From contig JBJBEO010000001.1 in the NCBI GenBank assembly GCA_047284725.1, forward strand, positions 320,001 through 384,000: DNA of 64,000 nucleotides. The letters are read 5' to 3'. The position numbers were made by a program, and so were the translations under genes. This document shows, piece after piece, positions 20,231-30,859 of this stretch (the stretch's first letter is position 1; every line of letters starts with the position of its first letter). The notes beneath the pieces are model-generated. The model ran no database searches. It was not told the origin of the DNA and saw only the letters and a program-made list of their open reading frames with translations. This stretch comes from Synechococcus sp. GTDB taxonomy: Bacteria > Cyanobacteriota > Cyanobacteriia > PCC-6307 > Cyanobiaceae.

Positions 20231-22146
20231 TGGCGGAAAAAGGCTTCGGTGGCCTCCAGTACGGCCACCTGAACCGCGCTGTCGCGGAAGCCATGGCCTT
20301 CGTCCGGGAAGGTGCACACCTCCACGGGCACCCCATTGCTGCGCAGAGCTGAGGCCATCCGTTCGGTCTGCTCTGGCAGCACCACCTGATCTTTGAGGCC
20401 TTGGAAAAAGATGACCGGACAGCGGATCCGTTCGGCATGCTGCAGGGGGGAGCGACGTTCGTAGCGCTGCTGAGCTTGAGGCCATGGGCCCACCAGGCCA
20501 TCCAGGTAACGGGCTTCAAATCGATGGGTGTCGGAGGCCATGGTCTTCAGATCGCTGACGGCATAGCGGCATGCGCCGGCGCGGAAGATGTCCGTGAAAC
20601 AGAGGCAGGCCAGGGTGGTGAAGCCGCCGGCACTGCCGCCTTCCATGGCGATCTGATCGGGGTTGGCTTTGCCACGGGCGATCAGGGCCTTGGCGGCAGC
20701 GGCGCAGTCCTCGACATCCACCGCGCCCCAGCCTCCCTGCAAGCGATCTCGGTACGCACGTCCGAAGCCGGTGGATCCGCCGTAATTCACATCCACGACG
20801 CCCCAGCCCCGGGAGGTCCAGAACTGGATACCGAGATTGAGGCCTGTGCGTGCCATTGCCGTTGGGCCGCTGTGGCCCTTCACGAGGAGGGGAGCGGGGG
20901 AGGTCTGACCCGTCATCGGCGGGTAATACCAGGCATGGGTGCGTTGGCCACCAGCGCCCTCAAACCAGAGGGCCTCTGCATGGCTGATCTGCGCTGCGGG
21001 AAAAACCGCAGGGCTGGCTTGTGTGTGGCTCCATTCGCCGCTGGCGAGGTCGAGCTCCAGCAGACCCATGCCGGCACCGCCATGGCTGGCGATGGCAACC
21101 GCCCGTCCGTCTCGAGCCCGAAGGCCTGCCAGGTCGTCGAAGGGCTGCTCAACCATGGTCACCGTTCCATCGGTACCAAGACGGTCCAGGTGCCAGCGGC
21201 CCTGCTCGCAGACCGCTGCCAGCACCGCGTTCCCCTCCCATGCGGTGGTGCTCATGCCGTAGATCCATTGCGGCATCGCTGTTTCAGCCTGAAGAGGCCA
21301 GGGGCGTTCCCACGAGACCGACTCTGCCTCTGGTCGGCAGTGGATCAGATTCCACCAACCGCTGCTGTCTTCTGCCACCAGCAGGCGACCGTCGGGCAGC
21401 CACTGGGGCTGAAAGACGGAAATCGGCTTGGTTGCGTCCGGTGTGCTGCCTGCCAGTGGCCTTGGCTGCTCCACTCGGCCGTCATCGCTGAGGGGTGTCC
21501 ACCAGAGGGTGCTGCAATCCCAGGGCATGGCTGGTTGTTCCCACTCCACCCAGGCCAGGTTGTTGCCGTCGGCACTCAAGGCCATATAGCCCGCGAAATC
21601 CTTGGGCTGATGCAGCACTTCCGGTGTCTGGTCGTCGCCATCGATGGCGACGCTTACCAGCCAGTCCTGGCCGTCGGCCTCCATCACGCCCAGCCAGCGC
21701 TGACGTGTGGCGTCAATCAGTCCGTCGGCCAAGGGGGCGCCGGGTTGGGTCAGGCGCCTCGCGGGGGCCAGCGCTTGCAGTGCGTCGTGACCGGACTCGT
21801 GTTGATCCAGTCCGACCCAGCGCTGGCTCCAGAGGCAGCCATCGCTGTCATTGATCCAGGCGAGCAGCAGCTCGTCACCGTCGCGATGACAGGCGAGCAC
21901 GCCACCGCCGTAATCGTGCACACGACTGCGAAGGTTGTAGGGCGCTGGTGTCAGCTCCTGGGGGGATGAGGTCTGGGTGCGCCAGGGTCGGATCAGCGCT
22001 GTGGTGCGTCCCTTTTCCCTGGGGCGTTGCTCCAGCCAGATCACCCAGTCCCCAAGCAGTTGGGGGTCCCGCAGCACCGGACTGCGGCCCAGGGCGATGT
22101 CGGCAGCCAGCGGGGCGGTCTGCTCCGGAACGGGTGGGGTGGGCAC
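20215..22146 (-). CDS. S9-family acylaminoacyl/dipeptidyl peptidase
   Basis: RSRVHDYGGG, GGSAGG nucleophile, QGLKDQVV, EGHGFR. Confidence 0.92.
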   Translation of the reverse strand: MPTPPVPEQTAPLAADIALGRSPVLRDPQLLGDWVIWLEQRPREKGRTTALIRPWRTQTSSPQELTPAPYNLRSRVHDYGGGVLACHRDGDELLLAWINDSDGCLWSQRWVGLDQHESGHDALQALAPARRLTQPGAPLADGLIDATRQRWLGVMEADGQDWLVSVAIDGDDQTPEVLHQPKDFAGYMALSADGNNLAWVEWEQPAMPWDCSTLWWTPLSDDGRVEQPRPLAGSTPDATKPISVFQPQWLPDGRLLVAEDSSGWWNLIHCRPEAESVSWERPWPLQAETAMPQWIYGMSTTAWEGNAVLAAVCEQGRWHLDRLGTDGTVTMVEQPFDDLAGLRARDGRAVAIASHGGAGMGLLELDLASGEWSHTQASPAVFPAAQISHAEALWFEGAGGQRTHAWYYPPMTGQTSPAPLLVKGHSGPTAMARTGLNLGIQFWTSRGWGVVDVNYGGSTGFGRAYRDRLQGGWGAVDVEDCAAAAKALIARGKANPDQIAMEGGSAGGFTTLACLCFTDIFRAGACRYAVSDLKTMASDTHRFEARYLDGLVGPWPQAQQRYERRSPLQHAERIRCPVIFFQGLKDQVVLPEQTERMASALRSNGVPVEVCTFPDEGHGFRDSAVQVAVLEATEAFFRHHLGL

Positions 22147-22239
22147 GGTTCTGGTGTGTTGGGTTGGCGGCGGTGGATGTCGTGGCCTTGACGACGAGCT
22201 GACATCGCGAGGTCTGCCTAAAATGACTCATCATTCCGT

Positions 22240-22857
22240 GTGGAACAGACCTTGGCTCGCAGCTTCGCTCAACTGGCACGGTCGGCTGAGAGGAGCAGCT
22301 CGTCGGTGGTGGTGGCGAAGGAGGCACTCGACGTTTCGCCGTTCGAGATTCATCAGCTGGGTGATGACGTGCTGCGTCAGGAGGCGAAGCGGATCAGCAA
22401 GGTTGATGAATCGGTGCGGGAGCTAGCCCGCGACATGCTGCGCAGCATGTACACCGCTAAAGGCATCGGGCTGGCCGCACCTCAGGTGGGCGTGCACAAG
22501 CAGCTCCTGGTGATCGACCTTGATCTCGAGACCCCCACCTCTCCACCCTTGGTGCTGATCAATCCCGAGATCACCTCAGCCAGCGCCACGGTGGACACCT
22601 ATGAAGAGGGCTGCCTCAGTATTCCTGGTGTGTATCTCGATGTGGTGCGTCCCTCCGCGATTCAGCTGAGCTATCGCGATGAAATGGGGCGACCGCGCAC
22701 CATGAAGGCCGATGGATTGATGGCCCGTTGCATCCAGCATGAGATGGACCATCTCAAAGGCGTGCTGTTCGTTGATCGGGTCACGGATGCTGGTGGTCTC
22801 AACAAAGAACTGAAGGATCACGGCTTTCAAGCCGATGATGTGCGTTCTCTCGTCTGA
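22240..22857 (+). CDS. def: Peptide deformylase
   Basis: GIGLAAPQVG, EGCLS, QHEMDHLKG. Confidence 0.97.
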   Translation: MEQTLARSFAQLARSAERSSSSVVVAKEALDVSPFEIHQLGDDVLRQEAKRISKVDESVRELARDMLRSMYTAKGIGLAAPQVGVHKQLLVIDLDLETPTSPPLVLINPEITSASATVDTYEEGCLSIPGVYLDVVRPSAIQLSYRDEMGRPRTMKADGLMARCIQHEMDHLKGVLFVDRVTDAGGLNKELKDHGFQADDVRSLV

Positions 22858-22875
22858 TCCTCAGCTCCCGATCTC

Positions 22876-23073
22876 ATGCCGATGAAACCCCTGGCTGGAC
22901 TGTTCCTGGCCCTCGCCTGTGTGCTGGGCATTGCTGCGACGGGTTCGGTGTTTGAGCTGGCCTACGGCAATCCTGAACTCGGGGTCGCTCCCACCTCGTG
23001 GATCCTCGGCCTCAGTGCCCCCGGCACGGTTGGGTCACTTCTTGTCGCGATTCGGCTCAACAAACCGGCCTGA
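22876..23073 (+). CDS. Small membrane protein
   Basis: 65 aa, two TMs, GSVFELAYG motif, downstream of def. Confidence 0.7.
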   Translation: MPMKPLAGLFLALACVLGIAATGSVFELAYGNPELGVAPTSWILGLSAPGTVGSLLVAIRLNKPA

Positions 23074-23131
23074 ACCCCCCTGACGGTCGGCGCTGCGACT
23101 TATACGATCCGCCCAAGAAGTCTCCCTCCTG

Positions 23132-23785
23132 ATGGTTCGCCCTTTCCCCGTCACCCTGGCTTTCACAGTGGCCGGGGCCACGTTGGCGTCGGGGCTGCAT
23201 CGCCCAGTAGAGGCCCAGGGCTCACTGTTCACGGCCGTGCCTGTGGAGCAGACCAATTTCATCCTGGTGGCTGCTCCGATCGGGAATGGTGAGTCATCGC
23301 AGCTCAACATCTATGAGCAGCGCACCAGCAAACGCCCCTGTTTTGCGGTGGCCGGCGGCGCACCAGCGGTCGTGGATCCGCTGCTGGCCAGTTTTGATTT
23401 CACGGGCATCTGCAACCGTTACATCGATGGCAATGGGTATTCCCTGCGCATTGGTGGTGATGACTTCGGAACGCGCTACCGCCTGTCGGTGGTGAAAACC
23501 AATCGTGATGTGGAGCTGCTGGCGATTCCGACCCGGGATCCCTCTCGCCCCACCATGGTGGTGGCCCGTGCCGGTGGTTCGGGGGCTGGCTTCCTGCGGT
23601 TGACGCTCGAGCCTGGTTGGAGCCTGATGCGTCGTCACTACGGCACCCGGTCATTGGGCCATCTCTACGTCTTCCGAGACACCTGGCCCGGCAGCGAGCC
23701 CGAGGCTATGCCGGAGCCCGCGCCGGAGTCTGTTCGGCAAGACGGGGAGGTTGATGGGGAGACTGAGATCGACGGGCGCAGTTGA
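23132..23785 (+). CDS. DUF3747 secreted protein
   Basis: VDPLLASFDFTGICNRYIDGNGYSLRIGG, LGHLY. Confidence 0.85.
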   Translation: MVRPFPVTLAFTVAGATLASGLHRPVEAQGSLFTAVPVEQTNFILVAAPIGNGESSQLNIYEQRTSKRPCFAVAGGAPAVVDPLLASFDFTGICNRYIDGNGYSLRIGGDDFGTRYRLSVVKTNRDVELLAIPTRDPSRPTMVVARAGGSGAGFLRLTLEPGWSLMRRHYGTRSLGHLYVFRDTWPGSEPEAMPEPAPESVRQDGEVDGETEIDGRS

Positions 23786-23833
23786 GGGGGGGGTCGGTTG
23801 CTACATTGACGGGCTGGAATCCACGCTTGTTGC

Positions 23834-24004
23834 ATGACTCAGGTCACGGTCGGAGAAAACGAAGGCATCGAATCAGCGCTGCGTCGCTTCAAGCGTCAGG
23901 TGTCGAAAGCTGGGATCTTTGCCGACCTCAAGCGTCTGCGTCATCACGAGACTCCGATCGAGAAGTACAAGCGCAAAGCACAGCAGCGTCGCCGTCGTCG
24001 CTGA
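23834..24004 (+). CDS. rpsU: 30S ribosomal protein S21 (absent from ORF track, 56 aa)
   Basis: Manual translation [56 protein letters not shown]. Confidence 0.97.
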   Translation: MTQVTVGENEGIESALRRFKRQVSKAGIFADLKRLRHHETPIEKYKRKAQQRRRRR

Positions 24005-24106
24005 TTGGTTCAGAGTCGATTCCTCACTGAGGAATCGGTAGTTCCACTGGTTGGCTCGCTGGTTGTCTCTGATCAGACTGATCAGAGACGCCCGGTGCCT
24101 GCCGTG

Positions 24107-24250
24107 ATGGATCTGAAGCTCAAGGGAATTCGCCAATGGGTCGGTGAGACGTTGTCTCATGCCATTGGCAACCCACGGGAAGAGAAGATGCACCTTCCAC
24201 CACCGATCGGTGAGCAGCCTTTCCGTGATACACCTGAGCGGGCGAAGTAA
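24107..24250 (+). CDS. Small hypothetical protein (47 aa)
   Basis: MDLKLKGIRQWVGETLSHAIGNPREEKMHLPPPIGEQPFRD...; fills intergenic gap. Confidence 0.5.
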   Translation: MDLKLKGIRQWVGETLSHAIGNPREEKMHLPPPIGEQPFRDTPERAK

Positions 24251-24283
24251 GTCGACGCTGCGGTGATGCGTTGCCTTCATCAC

Positions 24284-25828
24284 CTAATCGGTGTTGGAGG
24301 CATCAAAGCTGCGGAAGCAGAGTGCTTCGGCCAGATCCCCTTCGGTGATGCTGGCTCGATCGCGTAGATCGGCCAGGGTTCTCGCCACGCGAAGCACACG
24401 AACCCCGCTGCGGGCGGTCAGTTGCCGCTGCCTTACGGCCCTCTCCCATCGTGCGAGCACAGCGCTGTCACCACCCACGCTCTCTCCCAGGGCACGACCG
24501 CTGAGCTCTGCGTTGAGGCATCCATTGGGATTCCTGGCCCCCATACGCTGCCGGGCCAGAGCAATCTGATCCGGTGTTGGCGCGTCGTCACAGGGCTGCA
24601 TCCTCGGGTTGCTGCTCACACTGGAGCGGATGTCGCTGCTGCTCAGGCGCTCAAGACGCAGTTGCAGGTCGAGGCGATCGAGAAGGGGGCCTGAGAGTCG
24701 TGCCCAGTACCGCTGCCGCTGCAGGGCTGTGCAGCGGCAGGCGCGGTCGGCATCGCCATGCCATCCACACGGGCAGGGATTGGTGGCAGCTACCAAGGTG
24801 ACGCGGCATGGGAAGTGGCACTTCATGCGGGCCCGACTGAGCAGCAGCACCCCTTCCTCAAGGGGTTGACGGAGTTGATCCAAGACACGTCTGGGAAATT
24901 CCGCTAGCTCGTCGAGAAAGAGCACGCCGCCATGGGCGAGGCTGAGCTCTCCAGGGCGGAGCTTGATGCCGCCACCCAGCAGTGCCGTCACCGAGCAGCT
25001 GTGGTGTGGGGCGCGGAACGGTCGCTGCCGCACCAGGCCCTCGTCGGCTGCCAGCACGCCGGCAACCGAGTGCACACGACTCACCTCCAGGGATTCCTGC
25101 CGGCTCAGTGGTGGCAGCAGCCTGGGCAGTTGCCGGGCCAGCAGGGTTTTGCCGCAGCCTGGTGGGCCCACCATCAGCAGATGATGACCACCGGCCGCTG
25201 CCAGGGCCAAGGCGGTTCTGGCCACAGGCTGGCCAACGATGACGTCTTCCGGAGTGTCGTCGGGAGTCCTGCTCGTGACGCTGGGGTGGCTGGGCTGTCG
25301 GTCTGTGGCCGTGTCGGGTCCCTGTTTCAGGAGTGCCACCAGCTGCTGAAGGGAACTGGCGCTCAGTACCGTCAATTTGGGGACCAGGGCCGCTTCCTGG
25401 GCATTGCTGTCTGGAACCACGAGCGCTCGTGCTCCCCTTGCAGCGGCAAGACAGGCCACGGCAAGAATGCCTCGGCACGGCCGCAGGCTCCCATCCAGCC
25501 CCAGCTCACCTGCACACCAGAGGTCCTTCAGCAGGGGAGCATCCAGTTGGCCGCTTGCGGCCAGGAGCGCCAGGGCGATCGGTAGGTCAAAGGCGGGACC
25601 TTCCTTGCGTCGGTCTGCAGGTGCCAGATTGACCACGACTCGCACCAACGGGCCGCGAAAGCCGCTGTTGCGCAGGGCTGCCCGCACCCGTTCCCGGGAC
25701 TCCTGGATGGCGGTATCCGGCAAACCCACCAACTGGAGACCAGGCAGGCCAGGGGCCAGATCGACTTCAACCGTGACCGGACAGGCGTCGAGGCCGAGCA
25801 GGGATGCGCTTTGGCAACGTGCCAGCAT
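24284..25828 (-). CDS. comM: YifB/ComM Mg-chelatase-like AAA+ ATPase
   Basis: VGLPDTAIQESRERVR, GPPGCGKT, RPFRAPHH, LFLDELAEF, NPCPCG. Confidence 0.92.
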   Translation of the reverse strand: MLARCQSASLLGLDACPVTVEVDLAPGLPGLQLVGLPDTAIQESRERVRAALRNSGFRGPLVRVVVNLAPADRRKEGPAFDLPIALALLAASGQLDAPLLKDLWCAGELGLDGSLRPCRGILAVACLAAARGARALVVPDSNAQEAALVPKLTVLSASSLQQLVALLKQGPDTATDRQPSHPSVTSRTPDDTPEDVIVGQPVARTALALAAAGGHHLLMVGPPGCGKTLLARQLPRLLPPLSRQESLEVSRVHSVAGVLAADEGLVRQRPFRAPHHSCSVTALLGGGIKLRPGELSLAHGGVLFLDELAEFPRRVLDQLRQPLEEGVLLLSRARMKCHFPCRVTLVAATNPCPCGWHGDADRACRCTALQRQRYWARLSGPLLDRLDLQLRLERLSSSDIRSSVSSNPRMQPCDDAPTPDQIALARQRMGARNPNGCLNAELSGRALGESVGGDSAVLARWERAVRQRQLTARSGVRVLRVARTLADLRDRASITEGDLAEALCFRSFDASNTD

Positions 25829-25890
25829 TGTTGTGAGGTGATGCATCGATCTGATGCCCCACCTGTCTCAGCAACTGTTCCAATCACTGA

Positions 25891-26250
<360 letters not shown>

Positions 26251-26274
26251 GGGCTGGTTGGACAGAATGGGGGC

Positions 26275-28254
26275 ATGACCACCACCCCCATCGCAGCGGC
26301 CTCCGGATTGGCGATCCAGCTGCGGAAGATCCGCAAACTTGCGCAGCCGTTCTTTCTGCCCCTCGACCAGGCAACCGGCTGGCAGTTCTCCGGACTGCTG
26401 CTGGCGTTGCTGTTCTGTGTCGGCGGCCTTGTGCTCTTTGCCCTGACGGGGCTGACCAACCTCTCGGAAAGCCTGCTCCCCGAGCTCACCGACAAGTATT
26501 TCGGAGGTGTCGCCTCCACGATCGATGGGATCTGGGGTGGCTGGTGGGGCGATGCCTTCTCAGGCCTTTTTCTCGTCGGGGCGGTGTCATTCCTGCTGAT
26601 GCGTCAGCAGCTGCGCAACAGGCGCTGGCTGCACTGGCTGATGCTCGGCGTGATTGTGCTGATGCTGCTCACAGTGAATGGCATCAATGCAGGAATCGGC
26701 TTCATCGCCAGGGATCTGAACAATGCCCTGGTCGCCAGGCAGGAGGATGGCTTCTACAGGATTCTGATCATTTACGCCTGTTGCTTCGTGGTGGCCCTGC
26801 CCATCCGCGTCACCCAGTTGTTCGTGACGGCGAAGCTGGGAATCATCTGGCGTGACTGGTTGTCGCGCAGCCTGATTGGCGACTACATGCGCAACCGTGC
26901 GTATTACGTTCTCAATCCCAATGATGAACAGGCAACCGATGTTGACAACCCTGATCAGCGCATCACAGACGACACGCGTGCGTTCACGGCTCAGAGTCTG
27001 GGATTCACGCTTGGGATCTTTGATGCCTTGCTCACCTTTTCCCTCAATATCCTGATTCTCTGGAGCATTAGTACAAAGCTGACGTTCTCCTTGTTCGGAT
27101 ATGCGGCGTTTGCCACCTCGGTGCTGGTGCTGGCTGGGCGTCGCCTGGTGCGAATCAATTTTGATCAGCTTCGCTATGAGGCTGATTTCCGCTTCGGTCT
27201 GGTGCACATCAGAAACAATGCGGAGTCGATCGCTTTTTACAAAGGTGAAGTTCAGGAGTCGGCAGAGACGACGCGTCGGTTGGGTTCGGTCGTCCAGAAT
27301 TTCAACCTGTTGATCATCTGGCAGGTCATCATTGATGTGATGCGCAGATCGACCAACTATGCAGGCGTTTTTTTCCCTTATGTGATCATGGCTGTCCCGT
27401 ACTTTGCGGGAGATATTGACTTCGGCAGTTTCACGCAGGCAATGTTTGCTTTCAACATGGTTGAAAGCTCCCTCTTCTTTGTTGTCAATCAGATTGAGGA
27501 GCTTGCCAAGTTCACCGCAGGAATCAGCCGTCTGGAGGGCTTCCAGAGCAAGGTGGAGCAGGTGGGCAGGGAGGTGATCCCGGAAGCTCAAACGTCTGCT
27601 GACGCCATTGTCGTGCGCCACACCGATCTGACGCCACCTGGGTCAGACACGCCGATTCTGCGGGATCTGAGCCTCACCATCGGTGAGTCAGAGCGCCTGT
27701 TGGTGGTCGGCCCCTCAGGCTGCGGCAAGACCTCGTTGCTGCGGATGATCAGTGGTCTCTGGCCTCCGACCAGAGGCGAGATTGAGCGTCCGGAGACAGG
27801 CGATCTGTTGTTCATCCCCCAGAAGCCCTACATGCTCCTGGGCTCCCTGCGGGAACAACTCTGCTATCCAGCCGAGGAAAGTCGTTACAGCGACGACCAG
27901 CTCCGCCACGTTCTGGAGGAGGTCAACCTCGGTGCCTTGTTGAGTCGTTATCCCGATCTGGATGTGAAGCAGGACTGGCCGAGAATCCTTTCACTCGGTG
28001 AGCAGCAGCGACTGGCCTTCGGCCGTCTTCTGCTCAACGCTCCGCGTTTCGTCGTGCTTGATGAAGCGACCAGCGCCCTGGATGTGGCCACGGAGGATCG
28101 TCTCTACAAGCTCCTGAAGGCGCGGGATGTCTCGGTGATCAGCATCGGCCACCGGCCAACGCTGAAGGCCTATCACGACAGTGTTCTGGCCCTGGATGGT
28201 CAGGGTGGCTGGCAGCTGTTGCCGGCCGCGAGCTATGACTTTGGGCATTCCTGA
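26275..28254 (+). CDS. ABC transporter fused permease/ATPase (YddA/ABCD-type)
   Basis: DNPDQRI, EADFRFGL, GPSGCGKTS, LSLGEQQR, LDEATSALD. Confidence 0.92.
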   Translation: MTTTPIAAASGLAIQLRKIRKLAQPFFLPLDQATGWQFSGLLLALLFCVGGLVLFALTGLTNLSESLLPELTDKYFGGVASTIDGIWGGWWGDAFSGLFLVGAVSFLLMRQQLRNRRWLHWLMLGVIVLMLLTVNGINAGIGFIARDLNNALVARQEDGFYRILIIYACCFVVALPIRVTQLFVTAKLGIIWRDWLSRSLIGDYMRNRAYYVLNPNDEQATDVDNPDQRITDDTRAFTAQSLGFTLGIFDALLTFSLNILILWSISTKLTFSLFGYAAFATSVLVLAGRRLVRINFDQLRYEADFRFGLVHIRNNAESIAFYKGEVQESAETTRRLGSVVQNFNLLIIWQVIIDVMRRSTNYAGVFFPYVIMAVPYFAGDIDFGSFTQAMFAFNMVESSLFFVVNQIEELAKFTAGISRLEGFQSKVEQVGREVIPEAQTSADAIVVRHTDLTPPGSDTPILRDLSLTIGESERLLVVGPSGCGKTSLLRMISGLWPPTRGEIERPETGDLLFIPQKPYMLLGSLREQLCYPAEESRYSDDQLRHVLEEVNLGALLSRYPDLDVKQDWPRILSLGEQQRLAFGRLLLNAPRFVVLDEATSALDVATEDRLYKLLKARDVSVISIGHRPTLKAYHDSVLALDGQGGWQLLPAASYDFGHS

Positions 28255-28263
28255 CCTCGCCGC

Positions 28264-28479
28264 ATGACCTCCAGCAGTGCTGACGCGACTCCCAAGGAGT
28301 CGTCGACCCGGTCAGTTCCGCCAACGAGTGCCACCACCTCCGATGTCCCTGCGTTTGGCTGGAGTGGCTACGCCGAAAGGGTGAATGGCCGTTTCGCCAT
28401 GGTGGGGTTCATGGCCGTGCTGGTGGTGGAGGCCCTTTGTCATGACACCTTTCTGCATTGGGCGGGCCTGATCCCCTGA
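28264..28479 (+). CDS. hli: High-light inducible protein
   Basis: FGWSGYAERVNGRFAMVGF chlorophyll-binding motif. Confidence 0.93.
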   Translation: MTSSSADATPKESSTRSVPPTSATTSDVPAFGWSGYAERVNGRFAMVGFMAVLVVEALCHDTFLHWAGLIP

Positions 28480-28504
28480 ACGGCACGGCGATCCGCGGTT
28501 GCCC

Positions 28505-28996
28505 TCAGGGCAGTCGAATGATGTCGACCTCCCATCGTCCGCCTCGGCTCACCTGGACCGCCAGCGTGCGTCCGTCTCCATTCAGGCTCACATGCCGGGG
28601 CACCCCTGCTGGATTGATATCGAGTCGTTGAACAGCGGCGATGCTGCGTCGATAAAGCACCAGTTCCGTGCGGCCATCCCTCTGCCGCACCACAGCCAGC
28701 CGTTCGCCGTCGCTGCTGAGGCTGATGCTCACGGGTTGAGCATCAGCACGGTTGAGCCCCGGCGTGGCAACGGGGTTGCCGCTGCGCAGGTCAATCAGTT
28801 CAATGCGTTCCCTGCCGTTCCGGCTGGCGAGGGTCGCCAGCCAGCCCTGGACGAGGCTGGGGTCGCGCCGGGCTTCACTGCTGCGCTCCAGGGCCTTGTT
28901 GAGGGAATGCAGGGGGCGCACCTCATCGCCGGCGCAGCTCGAGAGCAGAGCACAAGCGATCGCGATGCCTGCGTGGGCCCAGCGGGGCTGGATCAT
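28505..28996 (-). CDS. TolB-like beta-propeller lipoprotein
   Basis: Lipobox LSS-C, SLSSDGERLA / SLNGDGRTLA repeats. Confidence 0.75.
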   Translation of the reverse strand: MIQPRWAHAGIAIACALLSSCAGDEVRPLHSLNKALERSSEARRDPSLVQGWLATLASRNGRERIELIDLRSGNPVATPGLNRADAQPVSISLSSDGERLAVVRQRDGRTELVLYRRSIAAVQRLDINPAGVPRHVSLNGDGRTLAVQVSRGGRWEVDIIRLP

Positions 28997-29550
28997 GGCG
29001 TTGGCTCGTCGCTGCTGAGCCGCAGCCCACCAGGCCGATCGGCCTCGAGCACCCCGCTCAGATCCAGGAGCTCCACCCGCCAGCGACCGCGATCGGACAC
29101 CTGCAGCGCCAGCCGTTGGGCGTCGGGGCTGAGGCTGAGGCGCACGGGATCATGGTTGCCCGGTGAGCGAAGCGGATGGGCACTCCCGGTGAGCCGATCT
29201 TCAATCACTGCCATGCGGCGATTGCCTCGCTGGGTGATGACCGCGAGGTAGCGACCGTTCCAGCTCAGGGACGGTGAGCTGTGGGGTTGATGGCGATTGA
29301 GGTGACGGGTGGGCAAGGGCTGACCGGTGCGCAGGTCGCGTAACTGCACCGTGGGACGCCCCCGCTGCTCAACAAGCACCGCCAGAATGTTGCCACTGCC
29401 ACTAATGGCTGGTTCCTGTTGCTGACGGTCGGTGACGCCGCCGGGAGCGCGTCGTGCGTCGGGGCCGCATCCCATCAGCAGCAGGCATGTTGCGGCCACC
29501 CATGCAGACCGACGTATCAGGCGCAACATCCTGGGCAGGAGCGCCTTCAC
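28993..29550 (-). CDS. TolB-like beta-propeller lipoprotein
   Basis: Lipobox LMG-C, PSLSWNGRYLA, LSPDAQRLA repeats. Confidence 0.75.
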   Translation of the reverse strand: MKALLPRMLRLIRRSAWVAATCLLLMGCGPDARRAPGGVTDRQQQEPAISGSGNILAVLVEQRGRPTVQLRDLRTGQPLPTRHLNRHQPHSSPSLSWNGRYLAVITQRGNRRMAVIEDRLTGSAHPLRSPGNHDPVRLSLSPDAQRLALQVSDRGRWRVELLDLSGVLEADRPGGLRLSSDEPTP

Positions 29551-29568
29551 GGTTCAGTCCACCTGCGG

Positions 29569-30573
29569 TCAGTCGTCAAAGCGCGAGCTGTTGTCACGTG
29601 GGCGGGAGCTTCGCGGTGCTGGCCGGTTGGCCTCCCCCCTGCTGGAACTGGGGCGGCTCGATGCCGCGCGCGATGGACTGCTGGGGTCGCTCCCCCCACG
29701 CGGGGCAGACGTGCTCTGGGGCCTGGAGCCGCGGGAGGATGGGCTGAAGGCTGCATCTTCCGGGGCCTTGCGCATAGGTGTCCCCTGGGGAACCCCTGCA
29801 GGAGTGGGGCTGCTGCCGCCGGGAACAGCACGGCCGGAGGATGGAGACGGGCCACGATCCCGAGGGCTTCTCTCCTCAGTAGCTGCTCCTGGGGAACGCG
29901 CCGCACTGGGACGGCTGCCACGGCGTTGATCCTGGCGTTCATTGCGCCGGGAGCCGAAATCGGAGCGGCGATCAGAGGGATCGTCGCTGCGGCCGAAGCG
30001 GGCCATGCGACGTTCCCGTTCGCTGGTGTCGTTCCAGCTGTCGGCGGCATCGCCCTGGCCGCGGCGACGGCTGGCGGCCTGCTCGGGGATCGCAGCCTTG
30101 GAGGTGCGGCGTGGGCGGTAGAAGTCGCGCTCACCACCATCGCCGTAATCGTCATCGGTTCCGCCTTGGAAGCGACGACGCAGGGGCTGCGGTTCGGGTT
30201 CGTCGAATCGGTCGTAGGGGGCCTCCCATCCACCGTTCAGGCCACCCGCAGGGCCTCGGGCAGGAATGGACTCCTCGTCGAAGTAGGCAGAGCGTCTCGC
30301 CTGTTCGGTCGACACGCCCCGCAGTCTCACGCTTTCGTAGGCGAAAAACACCGTGGTGCTGGCGAGAAGAAACTGACCGAACTGCAGGATCGGGTCGAGG
30401 CGCCAGCCCTGAAAGAAAAGAATGCCGCCGCAGAGAAGGCCGATGGCAGCGAAAAACACGTCGTAATCACGTGCCAACGCAGGTTTGAAGCTGCGCATGA
30501 AGTAGAGAAGAGCTCCGCCAACGGCCAGCACGATGCCAACGATGCTGGCCCAATTCAGACTGGCATTAACCAC
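29569..30573 (-). CDS. ycf66: Ycf66 family protein
   Basis: MVNASLNWAS, LARDYDVFF, QGWRLDPILQFGQ; low-complexity C-terminal tail. Confidence 0.92.
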   Translation of the reverse strand: MVNASLNWASIVGIVLAVGGALLYFMRSFKPALARDYDVFFAAIGLLCGGILFFQGWRLDPILQFGQFLLASTTVFFAYESVRLRGVSTEQARRSAYFDEESIPARGPAGGLNGGWEAPYDRFDEPEPQPLRRRFQGGTDDDYGDGGERDFYRPRRTSKAAIPEQAASRRRGQGDAADSWNDTSERERRMARFGRSDDPSDRRSDFGSRRNERQDQRRGSRPSAARSPGAATEERSPRDRGPSPSSGRAVPGGSSPTPAGVPQGTPMRKAPEDAAFSPSSRGSRPQSTSAPRGGSDPSSPSRAASSRPSSSRGEANRPAPRSSRPRDNSSRFDD

Positions 30574-30652
30574 AGATGCGGGCCCCCTGGCTACGGCGTT
30601 GGGCTACGACGATGCAGCCCTTTCACGTCAGTTTACGGAGTGCGCCAGTGGC

Positions 30653-30775
30653 TCAGAGCTTGCGGTCGACCTGGTCGGTCTGGCTCAGCAGGAACAGGCC
30701 GATGCTGGCAGGGATGACCACGATCACGGCACCCCACACGAGGCTGCTCAGAAAGTTGGCGAGGGAGGGGGTCAT
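30653..30775 (-). CDS. psbX: Photosystem II protein X
   Basis: MTPSLANFLSSLVWGAVIVVIPASIGLFLLSQTDQVDRKL (C-terminal part of track ORF 30653..31135). Confidence 0.95.
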   Translation of the reverse strand: MTPSLANFLSSLVWGAVIVVIPASIGLFLLSQTDQVDRKL

Positions 30776-30859
30776 AGCGCGGAAGCGACGGCCTGAATTG
30801 GAGGATCTTAAGGAGTGTCGGTCTCTTTCTACGATGCACCTTCGGATGCTTTGAGCTTT

